A stretch of DNA of 62,948 nucleotides, filler included, from Dicyema japonicum (taxonomy: Eukaryota; Animalia; Dicyemida), in NCBI GenBank assembly GCA_011109175.1. It is 9 parts of 9 records of this genome, joined end to end, with 100 filler letters (N's around TTAATTAATTAA, not from the genome) between each part and the next. Parts side by side here need not be neighbours in the genome. Positions count along the whole stretch, not along the records: positions 1 to 2,514 come from RDEW01000189.1; positions 2,615 to 19,432 come from RDEW01000060.1; 7 more parts are not named here. One strand, written 5' to 3'. The notes beneath the pieces were generated by a model. The model was given only the letters and a program-made list of their open reading frames with translations, had not been told where the DNA came from and ran no database searches. Each line of letters opens with the position of its first letter. Positions within the stretch are counted from its first letter, which is position 1. The position numbers and the translations under genes are program-made. This document shows positions 1-12,619 of this stretch, one piece after another.

Positions 1-49
1 AAAAAAAAAAAATTTGCTCTTTTAATTATTTAAATAAACTGGGAGCCTC

Positions 50-1336
50 GCCCTCATGCAGCATATGCAATCAGAAACCATATCCATCCCCTTGAGAAAT
101 AGCCAGGGCTTCCTACGTATGTGCAAGGAGATAGGAAACCTATTCAGAGAGAGCGGTTCATGCGGAAGAATTCAGATCGGCATTAAAAAAGTGCACTCTG
201 AAAGAATTCCTGTGGAGAAATTAAAGACACTTCAAAAACGAGCATTCGAAGATAATTCAAGAGATGTTGGAGGCTGGAAATATGGAAGAAGTCTCAAATC
301 AAACCAATTCGAAAACCTAACCAATAAATGAACCATCATCCTATCGCCCAATATCTATTCTGTGTCCGGTCTCAAAGATTTTTAAAAGGCTTGTTCTGGA
401 AAATGTGCAAAACTCAATCTCAATACCTTCGACCCAGCATGGATTCCGGGGTAACCATTAGAACACAACAACCCTCACATAATTAATTGCGGAAAAATTT
501 AACTCCCCCAAACCTCATCAGAGGACAGTACTTATATCCGTGGACATCACAAATGCGTCTGACTCAGTCCCCAGGAAACTCCTTGCAGATAAGATATTTG
601 AAACCAAAATGCATTCAAACTTGAAACTTTGGCTTGGAAACTTCTTAAATGGAAGACGAGCACAGGAACTTTGCGACATCAAATCAAGATCTCGTTACGT
701 TCCAAATTGAGTCCCTTAAGGCTCTCCACTGTCACCCCAACTCTTCAATCTCTACAGCTTTGGGAAAATCAATTGACTGCTAGCCCGGAGAAGTCGGTGT
801 TGACCCTATTCACGACAAACAGAAGACTAGGGAAAGTATCGATTGAAGTCACACTGGATGGGATTAATATCCCGCAAAACAAATACCAGAAAATCCTGGG
901 AGTTACCTTTGAAACTTTACCTTTTACAAAACATGTCGAAAATATGTTATTGATTTGTACGAGGAAAATCAACTTCCTGAAGGCGTTCTTGGGAAACCTA
1001 AGAGACATAAAAGATCTGAGTGGTCTGGATGTCATATACAAACAGTACATCGAGGCTACAATAGGATATGCATGTAATATCTGGGGATCTGACCTTTCTG
1101 CAATGAATTTGGACAAGATATGCAACATTCAAATGAAGGCAGCAAACCTACTAAGGAAATATTCCCGAGTAGAAATCCTGCCTAGAAACCTAGAAAATGT
1201 GATAGAGGCGACTGGAACAGTGCCTCTGCGAAGGACTCTGGAATGCGGACACCGTCCATATCGGAAATGCGCAGGAACGCAGTCGGAAGGCCAAGAAATG
1301 ATGCGGAGACTGTTGAGGGAGGCTAAGATCACCTGA
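50..1336 (+). mobile_element. Degenerate non-LTR retrotransposon ORF2 (RT), I-group/Ingi-like
   Basis: Frameshifted RT motifs: QHGFR, KPHQRTVLISVDIT, WLGNFLNGR, GSPLSPQLFNLY, KILGVTF. Same family as 34220-35700. Confidence 0.85.
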
Positions 1337-1389
1337 ATTTGTTTATTTTGGATATGACGGTGGTTTTTTGGTTCAATAAAATAAAAATA

Positions 1390-1570
1390 AACGACATGCC
1401 ACAAACCTGTAATAAAAACTGCACAATCCTCTCCTATGCAGACGATATCATTTTTGCTTTCAAAAACAGAAGCATTCAATCAGCGAGTCAGGCTGCTAAC
1501 AAATGTTTGATAAGCTGGAACTATGGCTCTCGACGCGAAGGCTCGATACAACAGCAACAAAGTTATTCTT
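1390..1570 (+). mobile_element. Reverse transcriptase fragment
   Basis: INDMP...ILSYADDI motif. Confidence 0.7.
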
Positions 1571-1974
1571 GATCCACTTGATTTAGTCGACCAAGTGTTT
1601 CAACGAACTTGATAGTGCGAACACTCCAAACGTTTCCATGGAAATCGATTGGAAATTTAACTTGAATTTATGAATCAGCTATTGATGGAATACTACACAG
1701 TGAAAACATGGTTTCACATAATATCTGTATTTTGATATTGGGAGTAATGATAAGGCATTAATGTTGACACTATAATTAAAAACTTAACTTGCTATACTCT
1801 GGTAATTATAACGGCTAATTTAAAAGCAGGAATTCCATTGCTACGCGACTCAAAGACTCCCCCGTGAACAAAGAAGGTTTTCACACAGACCGGGAAGTGC
1901 CATCTACTGTGGAATTGCCAACTGTCTCTTGTAGTTGCTACTCTTGTTTTATCAGAGTAGCTTCATGTAATTCA

Positions 1975-2090
1975 GGCGAAACCTAGTGCTGAAATGACAT
2001 GAAAAAGGATCGTTTACTATCCTTCACTCTATTGGAGGAGAATTTCTCAATCCCTTTATGTCAGCTTCCATAGTTGACTTAGTCTCAAAT
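1975..2090 (+). mobile_element. Diverged fragment of SINE-like family 2
   Basis: gaaaaaggatcgtttactatccttcactctattggag resembles 11970-12010 and the reverse complement of 31910-31950. Confidence 0.5.
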
Positions 2091-2514
2091 CTCCTTTATT
2101 TGTTTTTTAAACCGCAAATTTTTGTAGACTTTAATAATTAATAAAAATGTTTTTTAATATTGTTTTCATAAACATTAATTTTTCAATAAAAGGCATGATA
2201 ATTCCTTTTACATTTATTAAATTGATATGGTTTCCTTGCNNNNNNNNNNNNNNNNNNNNNNNNNNNNNNNNNNNNNNNNNNNNNNNNNNNNNNNNNNNNN
2301 NNNNNNNNNNNNNNNNNNNNNNNNNNNNNNNNNNNNNNNNNNNNNNNNNTAATATTGTTTTCATAAACATTAATTTTTCAATAAAAGGCATGATAATTCC
2401 TTTTACATTTATTAAATTGATATTGTTTCCTTGTTAGCTAATATTTACTTAATTGATTTTATAAAATCTGCTAGATAAACTATATCAGTTTTTAATAAAA
2501 TCACTTAAAAATAA

Positions 2515-2614
2515 NNNNNNNNNNNNNNNNNNNNNNNNNNNNNNNNNNNNNNNNNNNNTTAATTAATTAANNNNNNNNNNNNNNNNNNNNNNNNNNNNNN
2601 NNNNNNNNNNNNNN
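2515..2614. other. Artificial contig-join spacer N44-TTAATTAATTAA-N44; also at 19433-19532, 24265-24364, 27674-27773, 36208-36307, 51522-51621, 54926-55025, 58824-58923
   Basis: Identical 100-nt structure eight times; the 12-mer puts stops in all six frames. Confidence 0.97.
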
Positions 2615-2800
2615 CATATAATTCGATATTCGCCATAGTTCTCATCAAGGGTACAAGTAACTTTCGTCTCTTGTAGTCACCCAATAGATACGTTGTATCG
2701 CTCCAGGTCGTCACAGAGAATCCTCCTCGACCTGGTAGTAGATAAGCCTCTAGTATTGAACGTAAGAACCTTTAGACGAAATGCATCCCTTTGTGTCCAT
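2615..2800 (-). mobile_element. RTE-like APE endonuclease N-terminal fragment
   Basis: LKVLTFNTRGL...LCDDLERYNVSIG-LQETK, homologous to 15160-15270. Confidence 0.75.
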
Positions 2801-2849
2801 TGCCTTTTAGAGATTTTTCTCAATTGAGATTCTATCAAGAAACCACCTT

Positions 2850-3390
2850 ACCAAAAAACACGTTTATCGAGCCAATACTAATATACAATTCCGGAACACG
2901 GGGAACCTCAAAAACGATTTAGAGATGCTATATACTTGCCACAGAAGCCAACTGCGTTTACTCACTAGAACCTTCTGTCCGAGAAAAATCTCAAACGAGT
3001 AACATTCTGCTCCATGTAAATCAACTCTAATTAGCATGGACGACATTCTATCGAGATAACAACTATTTCGACATTTTTTTTGTCTGGACCCGACTACGGC
3101 GTGTAACCGGATAATGGAAGAATATTTCTACTGCGCCGGAAGTAACGGATTTCGAGGCAGACCCAGAAATACACAACCAATTTGCTTAAAAGATGATTAC
3201 AAAACAATCGGTCGTAAATTGGTAAAAACAAAAACAATCGGTCGTAGCCATAATTTGAGACTCGGAGCCGATTTCGAGGCAGACCCAGAAATACTCTACC
3301 AATTTGCTTAAAAGATGATTACGAAACAATCGGTCGTAAATTGGTAAAAACAAAAACAATCGGTCGTAGCCATAATTTGAGACTCAGAGC
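2850..3390 (+). mobile_element. RTE-like ORF2 3' end with an internal ~120 bp duplication
   Basis: MEEYFY..GFRGRPRNT.P.CLKDDY, near-identical to 19106-19351. Confidence 0.8.
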
Positions 3391-5339
3391 CATGTTCTGT
3401 TATTGCTAATTAGTTTAAAATTTCTTTTTTTCCATCTTTTGGCGTGTCTGCGAGGAAATGAACTTTTCAGATATAATCCCATTTGCCCAAAATTTTTTGA
3501 ATTACGTACTTTTACATATTTAAGACTGTCATATTTGTCTGACAGTATTTATCACGGAAAGATAAATCAAATCCTATATTAAACGTTTTGAACTAAAAGC
3601 GAAGATAATTATAAATGAATGTTATCAAATCATGAGAGTCCTAGGGCCATCACCAGAAATTATATATCGAATTCGATTTCTTGATAGCTAAATAAGAAAA
3701 ATTGTAAGAAAAGAGAAATGGACGAATAAAGAAAAACCACCTCCGTGTTTAACAAACAGGGGTTTCTGCCAATTATGTGTAAGACTCTCCCTGATAACAA
3801 ACCCTGAGAAGAGAAACAGTTTTAATTTCTATAAAAAGGAACTTGACAGAATGATGACAATGTTTTATAGAGAACATAACCAAATGATTGGAATAATTTA
3901 TAGAGAACATAACCAAATGATTGGAAAGGAACTTAATAATTTGAGTATGAACGAGTAAATAGTTACCTTAATTTGAATTTATAGTATTGCTTACATATTC
4001 AGGTAATTATTACATTTATTTAAATAATACATTTCACAATAATTGTTGTGTGATCTATATTTATATTTATTTAATATTATTTTGGATTAGAGAAGACTTG
4101 CATATGGAGAAAGGGATTGGGATTAGCTGACAGTTACTTCTATAAGATGAGAGTTCGTCCATTTATTTGGATGAATATCTGCGATAGCGATTATATCTAA
4201 ATTTATCTGATTTTTTCTGATTTTGAATATTTCGTGACATTATTTATGTGTAAATCGGAGGTACTATCATTAAACAACTCCATCAACTGATTCTATCGAT
4301 ATTTAAAACGTTTTTGGTCAAAAATAAGATGATTATAAGAGACCAAATCTCCTGGGCCCTTCTCTACAAGAATTGATATTTATTAATCTGCCTTCCATCT
4401 GTTCGTCAAAACACTCAGTGCCTGTTTGACAAACAAAAAGAATTCTTTTCTTCCCCATTACATTGGAGGATTCCCACAATCTCGGATACGGATTGATGTT
4501 ATGATTGTAATGGATGAGTCCAACTCTGACCTTGGGAATTGGATCACATAGTTGAGGACTCTTTCTTTCTTTTAAAGCGGTAATCCTTCAATAAGTAAGA
4601 CAAAACTTAAACTTGATGCTAAACAAGATTTTGAAATAGGAATTTTAAAGCAATAAAAATTGACAGATCACTTGAAGGAGGAACGCCTTATTATAAATTC
4701 CTCCCAGTCGGCTTGATCTTTCTAACGTGTGTGGACTGGATGAAGAACCTATATCATTTCTATAGGCTTGATCCTTACTGATTTTGAATTCGACTCCCGG
4801 TCATGTGCATTGGGGGAAAATTAATATTTGTTTGATGCTGTATGTTGTTGTTATTAATAATAAGGATTATTCAACGTTTTTCAATTGCTTGTTTTTTATG
4901 TATAATTTCACTATCTCCTTCTCGATGAGCTCTGTTCTCGAGACAAATCAGAGCTTTTCCTAAACTTTATTATTCTAAGATATCTCCGTTTACTAACCTG
5001 TTCTTATCAGACTTATCCAACGTCCTCTAATTTCGTCTAGATTAGCATGTGATGGTTCTTTGTATAGAGAACCAAGCCATATTGAATTTTTCACCTCGTT
5101 TCAGGAGTCCGAGAAGTAACAGGAGAAGGGAATCAAATATCTGCTTATTATCAGATGAACGAGCTTTCGATCTCTCGATGTAGGATACAGGAGAAGAGCA
5201 CGTAGTCACAGACTACAGTTTTTAGACATCTTGCAGATTGTTAGAATTGGTCAAGCAGTGATAAGGTGAGAATGACGGGAGAGTAATAATTAAAATTAAG
5301 AAATTAAAAACATAATTGTCTAAAAAGTGACTTTAGTTC

Positions 5340-5690
5340 TTTATTTTGGATACGCATGAGTGATTTTCAATTCATCCATGAACTCAAATTTATTATCAAG
5401 TGAGGTAACTTATGTTGTGTCTTTGCATCCCTCAGCTTAGTCGGGTTAGAAAACTGAAAAAACTTTGAGGCTAACTTCACTAGCCATCAAGGATCAATAG
5501 CGCTAGCCTTAACAACCATGAATTAAGCAACTAACCCTACAATTCAGGTTGACTGGTCTATTAGGGAAGGTATTCATCGTCGTCTAAAGGACCATGAAAA
5601 TACGCCCCCGACCTTCACAGATAAATTTGTGTTAGTCAAGAGCACTCTGACCTTCTGAATTTTGGAACTGTAGAGAAATCCATCCAGTGT
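5340..5690 (-). pseudogene. DHX8: DHX8/PRP22 3' fragment (second, more truncated copy)
   Basis: ASAIDP*WLVKLASKFFQFSNPTKL matches the DHX8 C-terminus (IDPxWLVEFAPxFFxxSDPTKL). DNA is paralogous to 8310-8495. Confidence 0.75.
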
Positions 5691-5699
5691 TTTTGATAG

Positions 5700-6435
5700 T
5701 TTTTTTCCTATACACGAAATCAAAAATCTTTTACATGTCAATTCCAATGATTCACGTTAATTTTTTGTGTCGTTGAAACCATCCCTATGTATCAATTATC
5801 TGAAAATGTGTCTGTAAAACTTATGGGTTCCATATTTGAAAAAGTTCTCATTTAGTCTGTCAGGCTCCCATGTTGTTCTTAAGTTTTATGCTTACTATTT
5901 GAACTTCTTGGTGCATACTTTCTCTGTAAGTTTTCCTCTTTATGAAGTAGCATGGTTGCATACAAACATCTTTTTTGAATGATCAGAATAATTTATCATC
6001 AGCAACTTTTGAATGTATTGGGATTTGTTTGCCTTGATCGTCTCATATAGTTACTAACAGTTTTCTTAGGTTGCCTCTAAGTTTCCAGTAGCCTCACGAA
6101 TCTTCCTCTTGCCTTTGAGGTATTTAATTTTTCTTATCTGGTTTTTAACTGGTTATATCTCGTCAATTTTTTTGATACTTGCTCTTTCCTGCCACAATTT
6201 CATTTTATGTGTCGGCATTTTGTTCAGATATTGCTTCCATATGTCCTTCTGTCGTTCATCATGTATGGTTATTCAAAGTCGATTCTTTCTCATAATCCTT
6301 TGCTAAGTGGATATACACAGCTTTTTTTATTGTCTGTTTATCCAAGTCTCATGATTTTTTGGTTTTTTGTTCAAATACTCTGAATGCTGAGCCTTTATTT
6401 ACGTTGGTTGTTAGTTAGTCGGGATTGTATTGTTA
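5700..6435 (-). mobile_element. Degenerate RTE-like ORF2, region between endonuclease and RT
   Basis: Stop-ridden K/R-rich coding-like strand with segments resembling 15700-16250. Confidence 0.5.
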
Positions 6436-6439
6436 AGAC

Positions 6440-6520
6440 CAGTGTTTCTCAACCTTTTTTGAATCCCCCTGAATATTAGAAATAATTTGTAATTTTTAAT
6501 AAATCACTGTTAATTGACAT
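6440..6520. mobile_element. hAT terminal remnant
   Basis: cagtgtttctcaacc matches the TIR of 46507-47459. Confidence 0.55.
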
Positions 6521-8309
6521 CGACATTAGAGAATGTTTACCGCTCTCTATTTGGGATTCTTTTAATCCTGACATGAAAGGATCCTCCTACCTTCTTCCTG
6601 ACCAAATCCATTGGTGAATATTACCATTATGAAAACTCTTCTGCCTAAGAATGAAATGATGTTAGGGACGGCAGGATATCTGATGAAAAATGGTGGATGA
6701 ACATACTTCACCTATCTTCGGAAGCCTCAACTATTGGAGGATAGATATCGTCAAGATATCTCTTGGGTTCCTTCCTTGGATTAATTAGTTGTGAGTGAGC
6801 GGTTAATAAACCTGAGTGGTTAATAAACCGGAATGTTGAGGTGGTGACGTACTCTATTGCACTAAATGATGAAAACCTTTGTCTCCCCTCTTCTTGTAGC
6901 CATGAACAAGGTAATGAACTCGGAAGACATCGGAAACTCAGTTCTGAAAAAGGGACAGGTTAGAATCCCGTGGATTTACTCAAGAAGAAGGTGGGAGGAT
7001 TTCATTCAACAATTGGTTTTGCCTGAAAGGACTCATCACCACACGATTCCGTTCAACAATTGTTTCTTGCCTGAAAACTCATTACCTCACGAGTGAGATC
7101 TTGGATAGATCATCGAGTATAGATCTTTAACTTGAAGATAGAAACATTGTCTAGATAACTTATTCAGTGTGACTTCAAAGAATTTTTTTAATTATAAGAA
7201 TGTCTCCTAGATAGATTATCCTTTTCGGAAACTACTTCACGACATCCTGAGATCTCAACAGCAACTACGATATATCCATGCTTCATTAATTCTTCATCCA
7301 GTCTGAAGCCGCTGAAAATGACGGAGGAAATAGGGCCTTAGACATTCTATCCCCATCAGTTTTACAATCTTAGACCGGGGGAGATCAAATGATTCCTGTA
7401 TGTGCCATCATGAGACTGGACGTCACCTGGGACAGATCGAACACCGATGTCTCTTTAATTTAGCGTTTAAAGAGATTTAACAAAAAATACATTGAAGCTC
7501 TACCTCTTAGACTGGAGGACCAATGAGCACTGGTGGGTACTTATAAATTGTTCTAAGCTTTTCTAGAAATTTATCATAAATTTGGAATAAAATATTCAAA
7601 TAAAAACTAGAATTTAATGAAATCAAAAATCACGTCAATCACTGGGAAACAATTTTATGATAATTTCTCTTTCTCTAGCCCATTGCTGTTTTTGTTGTTT
7701 GAATGATAATTCATCTCCTTCTCCGTTCTTTCGGCTACTATCGATTGCTTTTGAAACTAACGAATCAAACAATTTCAAGGGACACTTCTCATATTTATCA
7801 ATTCTATCTTTATTGAAAAGATCCGTTTTATTTTGGAGTATCCTTTCAACTGATGGAGAATCAACCGTTGGGATGTCGATGAAATACGAAATCAGCGGAG
7901 GAAGCTGAACGTCCGAAGTATCCATAAGTAAACTTTTGTTAAAATCTTTAAGCAAAAATGAGCCTTGAATTTCTGAAAACCAGGTATTATGACCAACTTC
8001 CATTAAAACGAAATTTTCGCGGATATTTCAATCAAATATATTCAACGTTACTTTCAAAATACCGTCTTAAGCATTTATTATGCAAATTAAAAGCAAAGCA
8101 GACAAATTTATCATCGATTGTGATAGAGATGCATCCCTCCCAGCTTCAATACAGGAGAAGAGTACTTGGTCGCCGACTGCAGTTGTTAGACATCCTGCAT
8201 ATTATTAGAATTTGTCAAGCAGTGATATTTGTGAGAGAACGGGAGCGTAATAATTAAAATTGAGAACTTAAAAACATAGATGGTGAAATTTATATAAAAA
8301 AGTGACTTT

Positions 8310-11300
8310 AGTTCTGTATTTCTTATACGCATGAGTGATCTCCAATCATCCTTGCCCTCAAATATATTATAAGAGGTGCAATTCTTGTGGGATGGAAAGA
8401 CACAACACAAATTATCAGCTAAGTTGGATCAGAAAACTGGAAAAAACTTAGGAGCAAATTCCACTAGCCATCAAAGATCAATAGCGCTAGCTCCATGCAT
8501 GTATACTTTTGAAGTAAACATCAACTCATGGTAAACAACCCTGAAATAAGCCACTATCCCTACCATTAGAGAGAGCACTGGATGGGTGGATGTACACTGT
8601 TTGCTGATCAATGTTCGTCTGGTACCCATCTTGCTGATTTGTGTCCCTAAAAACCGCTAACAAGTGCCTTAAGGATAGATGATATGTTTTCCCCCCATAA
8701 CTTACGGCATTCAATTTATGTCTAAATAAAACAGCAAATCTACCTGTCTATAATGTTTATCATCTGCTTTCTAATGTCCTGATACCTTTTCAATGCTCTT
8801 TGTCTAAGGAAATAACTGTGAGCCCAGTTTTCCGAACACTTACTCCAGGCATTGTAATCTTCCAGAAGAGTTAGATGGTCACCATCTGGCTAATGGAACT
8901 TTTCTTTCTGGTCAGCGTTCTCTTTGGGACTGAAGAAACAAGTTTTGAACAGACATCATCGAGACGATCCACGGACATTATTAAAATCTTGGAGAGCATC
9001 GACTCCAACGGAAACTCGGCCATCTATTCAATCAGCAGGAAAAATACCTAAGAAGTTAAAAGTCCCTTGTTGTTCAATGTGTTCAACGCGTGTAGCTGCT
9101 CAAGAGCAGACACGAAATATTGCACAGGGGGAGGATCCATAAAGTCGAAAGAGATAAAGTCGTTGATTCCCATTGCCTTCAGTTAGATTGGTATAGCAGC
9201 CATGTTTATTGTCCTAATCTCAGGTACCTAATAATCATAAACCACGGTATTACTTGAGTCTTTAACATTTTCGCTCAGTGTATAATCTGAAGCACTTTTT
9301 GGACCAGTTCTCTCAGATCGCTTCGCCAGTTGCTTCGCCTGTCACTTGGCTATTGCATTGACTTTCAGCTGGTTCATGACGTTTTTTGGATTTAAATCTA
9401 CTGCTTTACAAAGCAGGGATCAAAGACGTAAAAATCAATCAATGTCAGTGATGTCTCCGAAATGTTATTTGCTACCACAATCTAAAGGTTTCTATCAAAA
9501 CCTAGCTTTCTAAAGCCAATTGAAGTAATTCGAATATTTTGGCTTTAATTTCCACAGAGAGGGCCCCAAAGACCGGCACGTAATCATTTACGGGAAATTG
9601 GCACCCAACGTCTGCATCCACTTGTAAAAAATCTAACATCCAGTGTCAATTTTTTCAGGCCCCGTTAAAAACAGAAAATTGTCCACTAGAGCAATAAAGT
9701 TTAAAAAATACCAGATTTTTGCTTGAAAATGATCTCCATTACGGTGATTAAGGAATCATCGAGGTAGACGGGCTCAGCTTTCATGCTGAAAATGACTCCA
9801 TTCTCCAGGGATAGAGAAAATCGGTAAGTAAGTCACAAAGCTCACGGATGGTAAAAATACTTGGAAAATTTAACAGAATCAAACGTCCTAGAGGTTACGA
9901 TCAAGGTTACAATCAACTTTAGATCCTATCAGTAGCCTTCGGGAGTCCAAATAGAGCATCAACGATCACTCGTGAGTTTTTTTCCAGCTTGATAACTTAA
10001 TATTGCATCACTTCAAGGTCAATCAAGCATCTCTCAGTAACATTTTGTCAGCCATGTACTTAATTTCGGTGTCCTTAGAGGGAAAATTATCAAATCGAAT
10101 AGTATATAACCAATCTGAATTGTTAATCACCAAAATATAACTTCCTGGGCCAATCTAGACCCAAACACTTCTGAAACTCATTTGAACGAACATTGCAACT
10201 ACTCTACGAGGCTGTGTGAATCTAATTTTCCCATAAACGGTATAACTAAGCTCTTAGCAGTACTGTGTTATCTGGGTTGTCTTCCATGAGGCCGTGTCCC
10301 CGATTACTATCAGAATCTGGTTGTCTTGGATCGCCTTGATCAGCTCGTGTTTCAACTTCGTAGTTGGAAGTGTGCTTCTCTGGTCAATTAGGGATCTTGG
10401 TCGTGACTTTCATCCAGTCTTGTGAAACTTTGTTCCATTACGCCAGTTCCTTCATGTATCCCATAGAGGAAACTGAAATGAACTGATGCCATTTTCTAAG
10501 CATTATTGAATAAATTACGGTCGATAAGGAATCCATTCACTTCTGTGCAATTTCAATGGCCTCTTAGTAAAGGTCATGTCCACTCCTCTCCTGTTAATTT
10601 AGTTCCCGTCGCTCCTTCTGCAGAGAACTCTGCGACATCTTTGCCTGGTTAAGAGATCTATCGGGATTCTAGAAATATAACTAGACTCAACCTTTATTAT
10701 TCGAATTGGAGATAAAAGTCTTTAAAAAGTTATGAAGAAAAGGAGGAAGCTGTTTGACTTGCTGATTCTCTACATCACCGTCTATCTAAAAGACATAGGG
10801 TACTTTCTGATGAATTATCATACGAATTTTCATCAAAGTCAATTATTCGTTGATGTATGCGCATGCAGTTCCCCGCCCTCATTTGGGACATCTCAAATCG
10901 CCCAGAAGGAGACATTCGGTTCAGCTTCCGAAGATGGTGAATGTCAATATTCGACGAACGTGAATGGATTTCAGATAGTCTGGATTTCTAGACAATTCTA
11001 TGTCCCCCATAGCGCTGTAAGAAGTTTCCTCATTATTTAGAGAATTCCCTGTACTCTGATCTACCCCGTTCATCATAAGCGAGATCTTTTATCAGACTTT
11101 ATTTCAACGACTCTGAATTTCACGCTCTTCCCGATCTTCACAACGTAATACACACTTCCGATCCTATCCTCTTTAATCTAAATCTTAATTAAAATTAAAT
11201 ACATTGGAAATGTGCTCGAGCCCTTCCTTTTCATTAAGTCCAAATAACTCCACAAAACAGCCTAAATCTTTTATGCTAGTCACTCGTCCACTGTAAACTT

Positions 11301-11770
11301 GAATCACTATTGAAACGGAAGAAGGATAACTACACGGTGGGGTCATGATGATGGTTCTCTTGATCTCTCTAGAGCCAACAAAATGTCGCTATCCTCCTGT
11401 TTTGGCTCTCTACTTCTCAAATGAGATATTGGCTGCTTCTTGTCCACTACTCTCGTTGTTATTCGAACAGTAGTCCTTTGAAAACAAAATTATGGCAGAG
11501 TTCATTTTTTTATTAAAGCCACAATCTGCTCTATAAATTTAGTCTAAATGTAATATTTTGAAACTACTGAGACATTCAGGTCGTTTATCACCAACATTTC
11601 TGTTATTTCCTCGATTATGAGTTAGATTCGTAAAGCTTGACAACTTGTTCGGCTGTAATAATAAATATTATTAGTGTACCAGATTTATGGAATTTTTTTA
11701 CCAACAAAGTTATCAATTTCCTCATTTACTTTCGATACTTTGAGAATCTATCCAACTGTATAAACTAATC
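8310..11770 (-). pseudogene. DHX8: Near full-length disabled DEAH-box helicase DHX8/PRP22
   Basis: Collinear motifs: VSKVNEEIDNF; S1 domain VYSGRVTSIKDLGCFVEL..EGLEHIS; KTTQITQY; TQPRRV-like; IDQQTVYIHPSSAL; WLVEFAPKFF; YNIFEGKDDWR. Many stops and frameshifts; short introns visible only near the 5' end. Confidence 0.9.
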
Positions 11771-11887
11771 ACTTAGTGAAAACCAACCAACAAAATAATT
11801 TAATAAATTTAGTCTAATAACAAAATAATTTTAATTAATTTAGTCAATTTTTTAATTTTTATATACCGAGATTGTATTGTTTAATTG

Positions 11888-12150
11888 AGCCCTCTGTCCA
11901 TATGGCATTTCCAGACTCTAACGTCATGTGATCCAGCTGCCTAGGTGACGCCCAGTGCATATCTGGCACGAAAAAGGATCATTTGCTCATCCCTACTCCA
12001 CTTGAGGGGTTTTCATAACTACAAATATTTGACTTCGTTTACTCTTTATGTTGATTCCGAATGGACTCTATTTCTGTAGGAGTGGAAACTGGATTCGCTT
12101 AGTTAGTTGTTTACTTTAACTTCTTTCTCGGTTTATCCGGGTTTAATAAA
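11888..12150 (+). mobile_element. SINE-like non-autonomous retroelement, family 2 (longest copy)
   Basis: Homologous to 31770-31972 and 25113-25245 (both minus); ends ctcggtttatccgggtttaataa. Confidence 0.7.
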
Positions 12151-12619
12151 TTAATTTATCTTTTTCTTTACTACTAAATTCAATCAATTAAAATGGACGA
12201 GACCGCCTATGCTCACAAATCCAGAATAAAATTCATCGTCATTCCACCAATAACTATAACAACCTCAGCTGTCGCTGACCTTATTAAAAATGCCAGATAA
12301 TCATCAGTTTTGGCCCCGAGTGAGCTCTAGTTCTACATTTAAACAACCTTGACCCTTGAGGAATACAAACACTCACTACTATTATCAATATATCTCATAA
12401 CTCTGTATTATCCCCATGATATTGAACATTTTCGTCCTCTCTCTTCAACCGCCTCTCACTTACAATGTCATGAATTGGCACAACGTTCGTCTACAATGCC
12501 GGGACTGAGATGTTCCATAAATTTTTGTGAATATCATATGAATCCCATCAGGTCTGCAAGAGTAAGTAGTCTGCATGAATCAACACCTTCTCAAGTCGTT
12601 TTCTGCAAAATTAACAGAT

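Noticed and set aside
2559-2570. Recurrent palindrome TTAATTAATTAA as a biological motif
   Set aside because: Always centred in exactly 44+44 Ns; an assembly spacer.
6834-6850. 17-bp exact match tgttgaggtggtgacgt with 15091-15107 as a TSD
   Set aside because: The 8 kb between is not a single element; cannot be interpreted.
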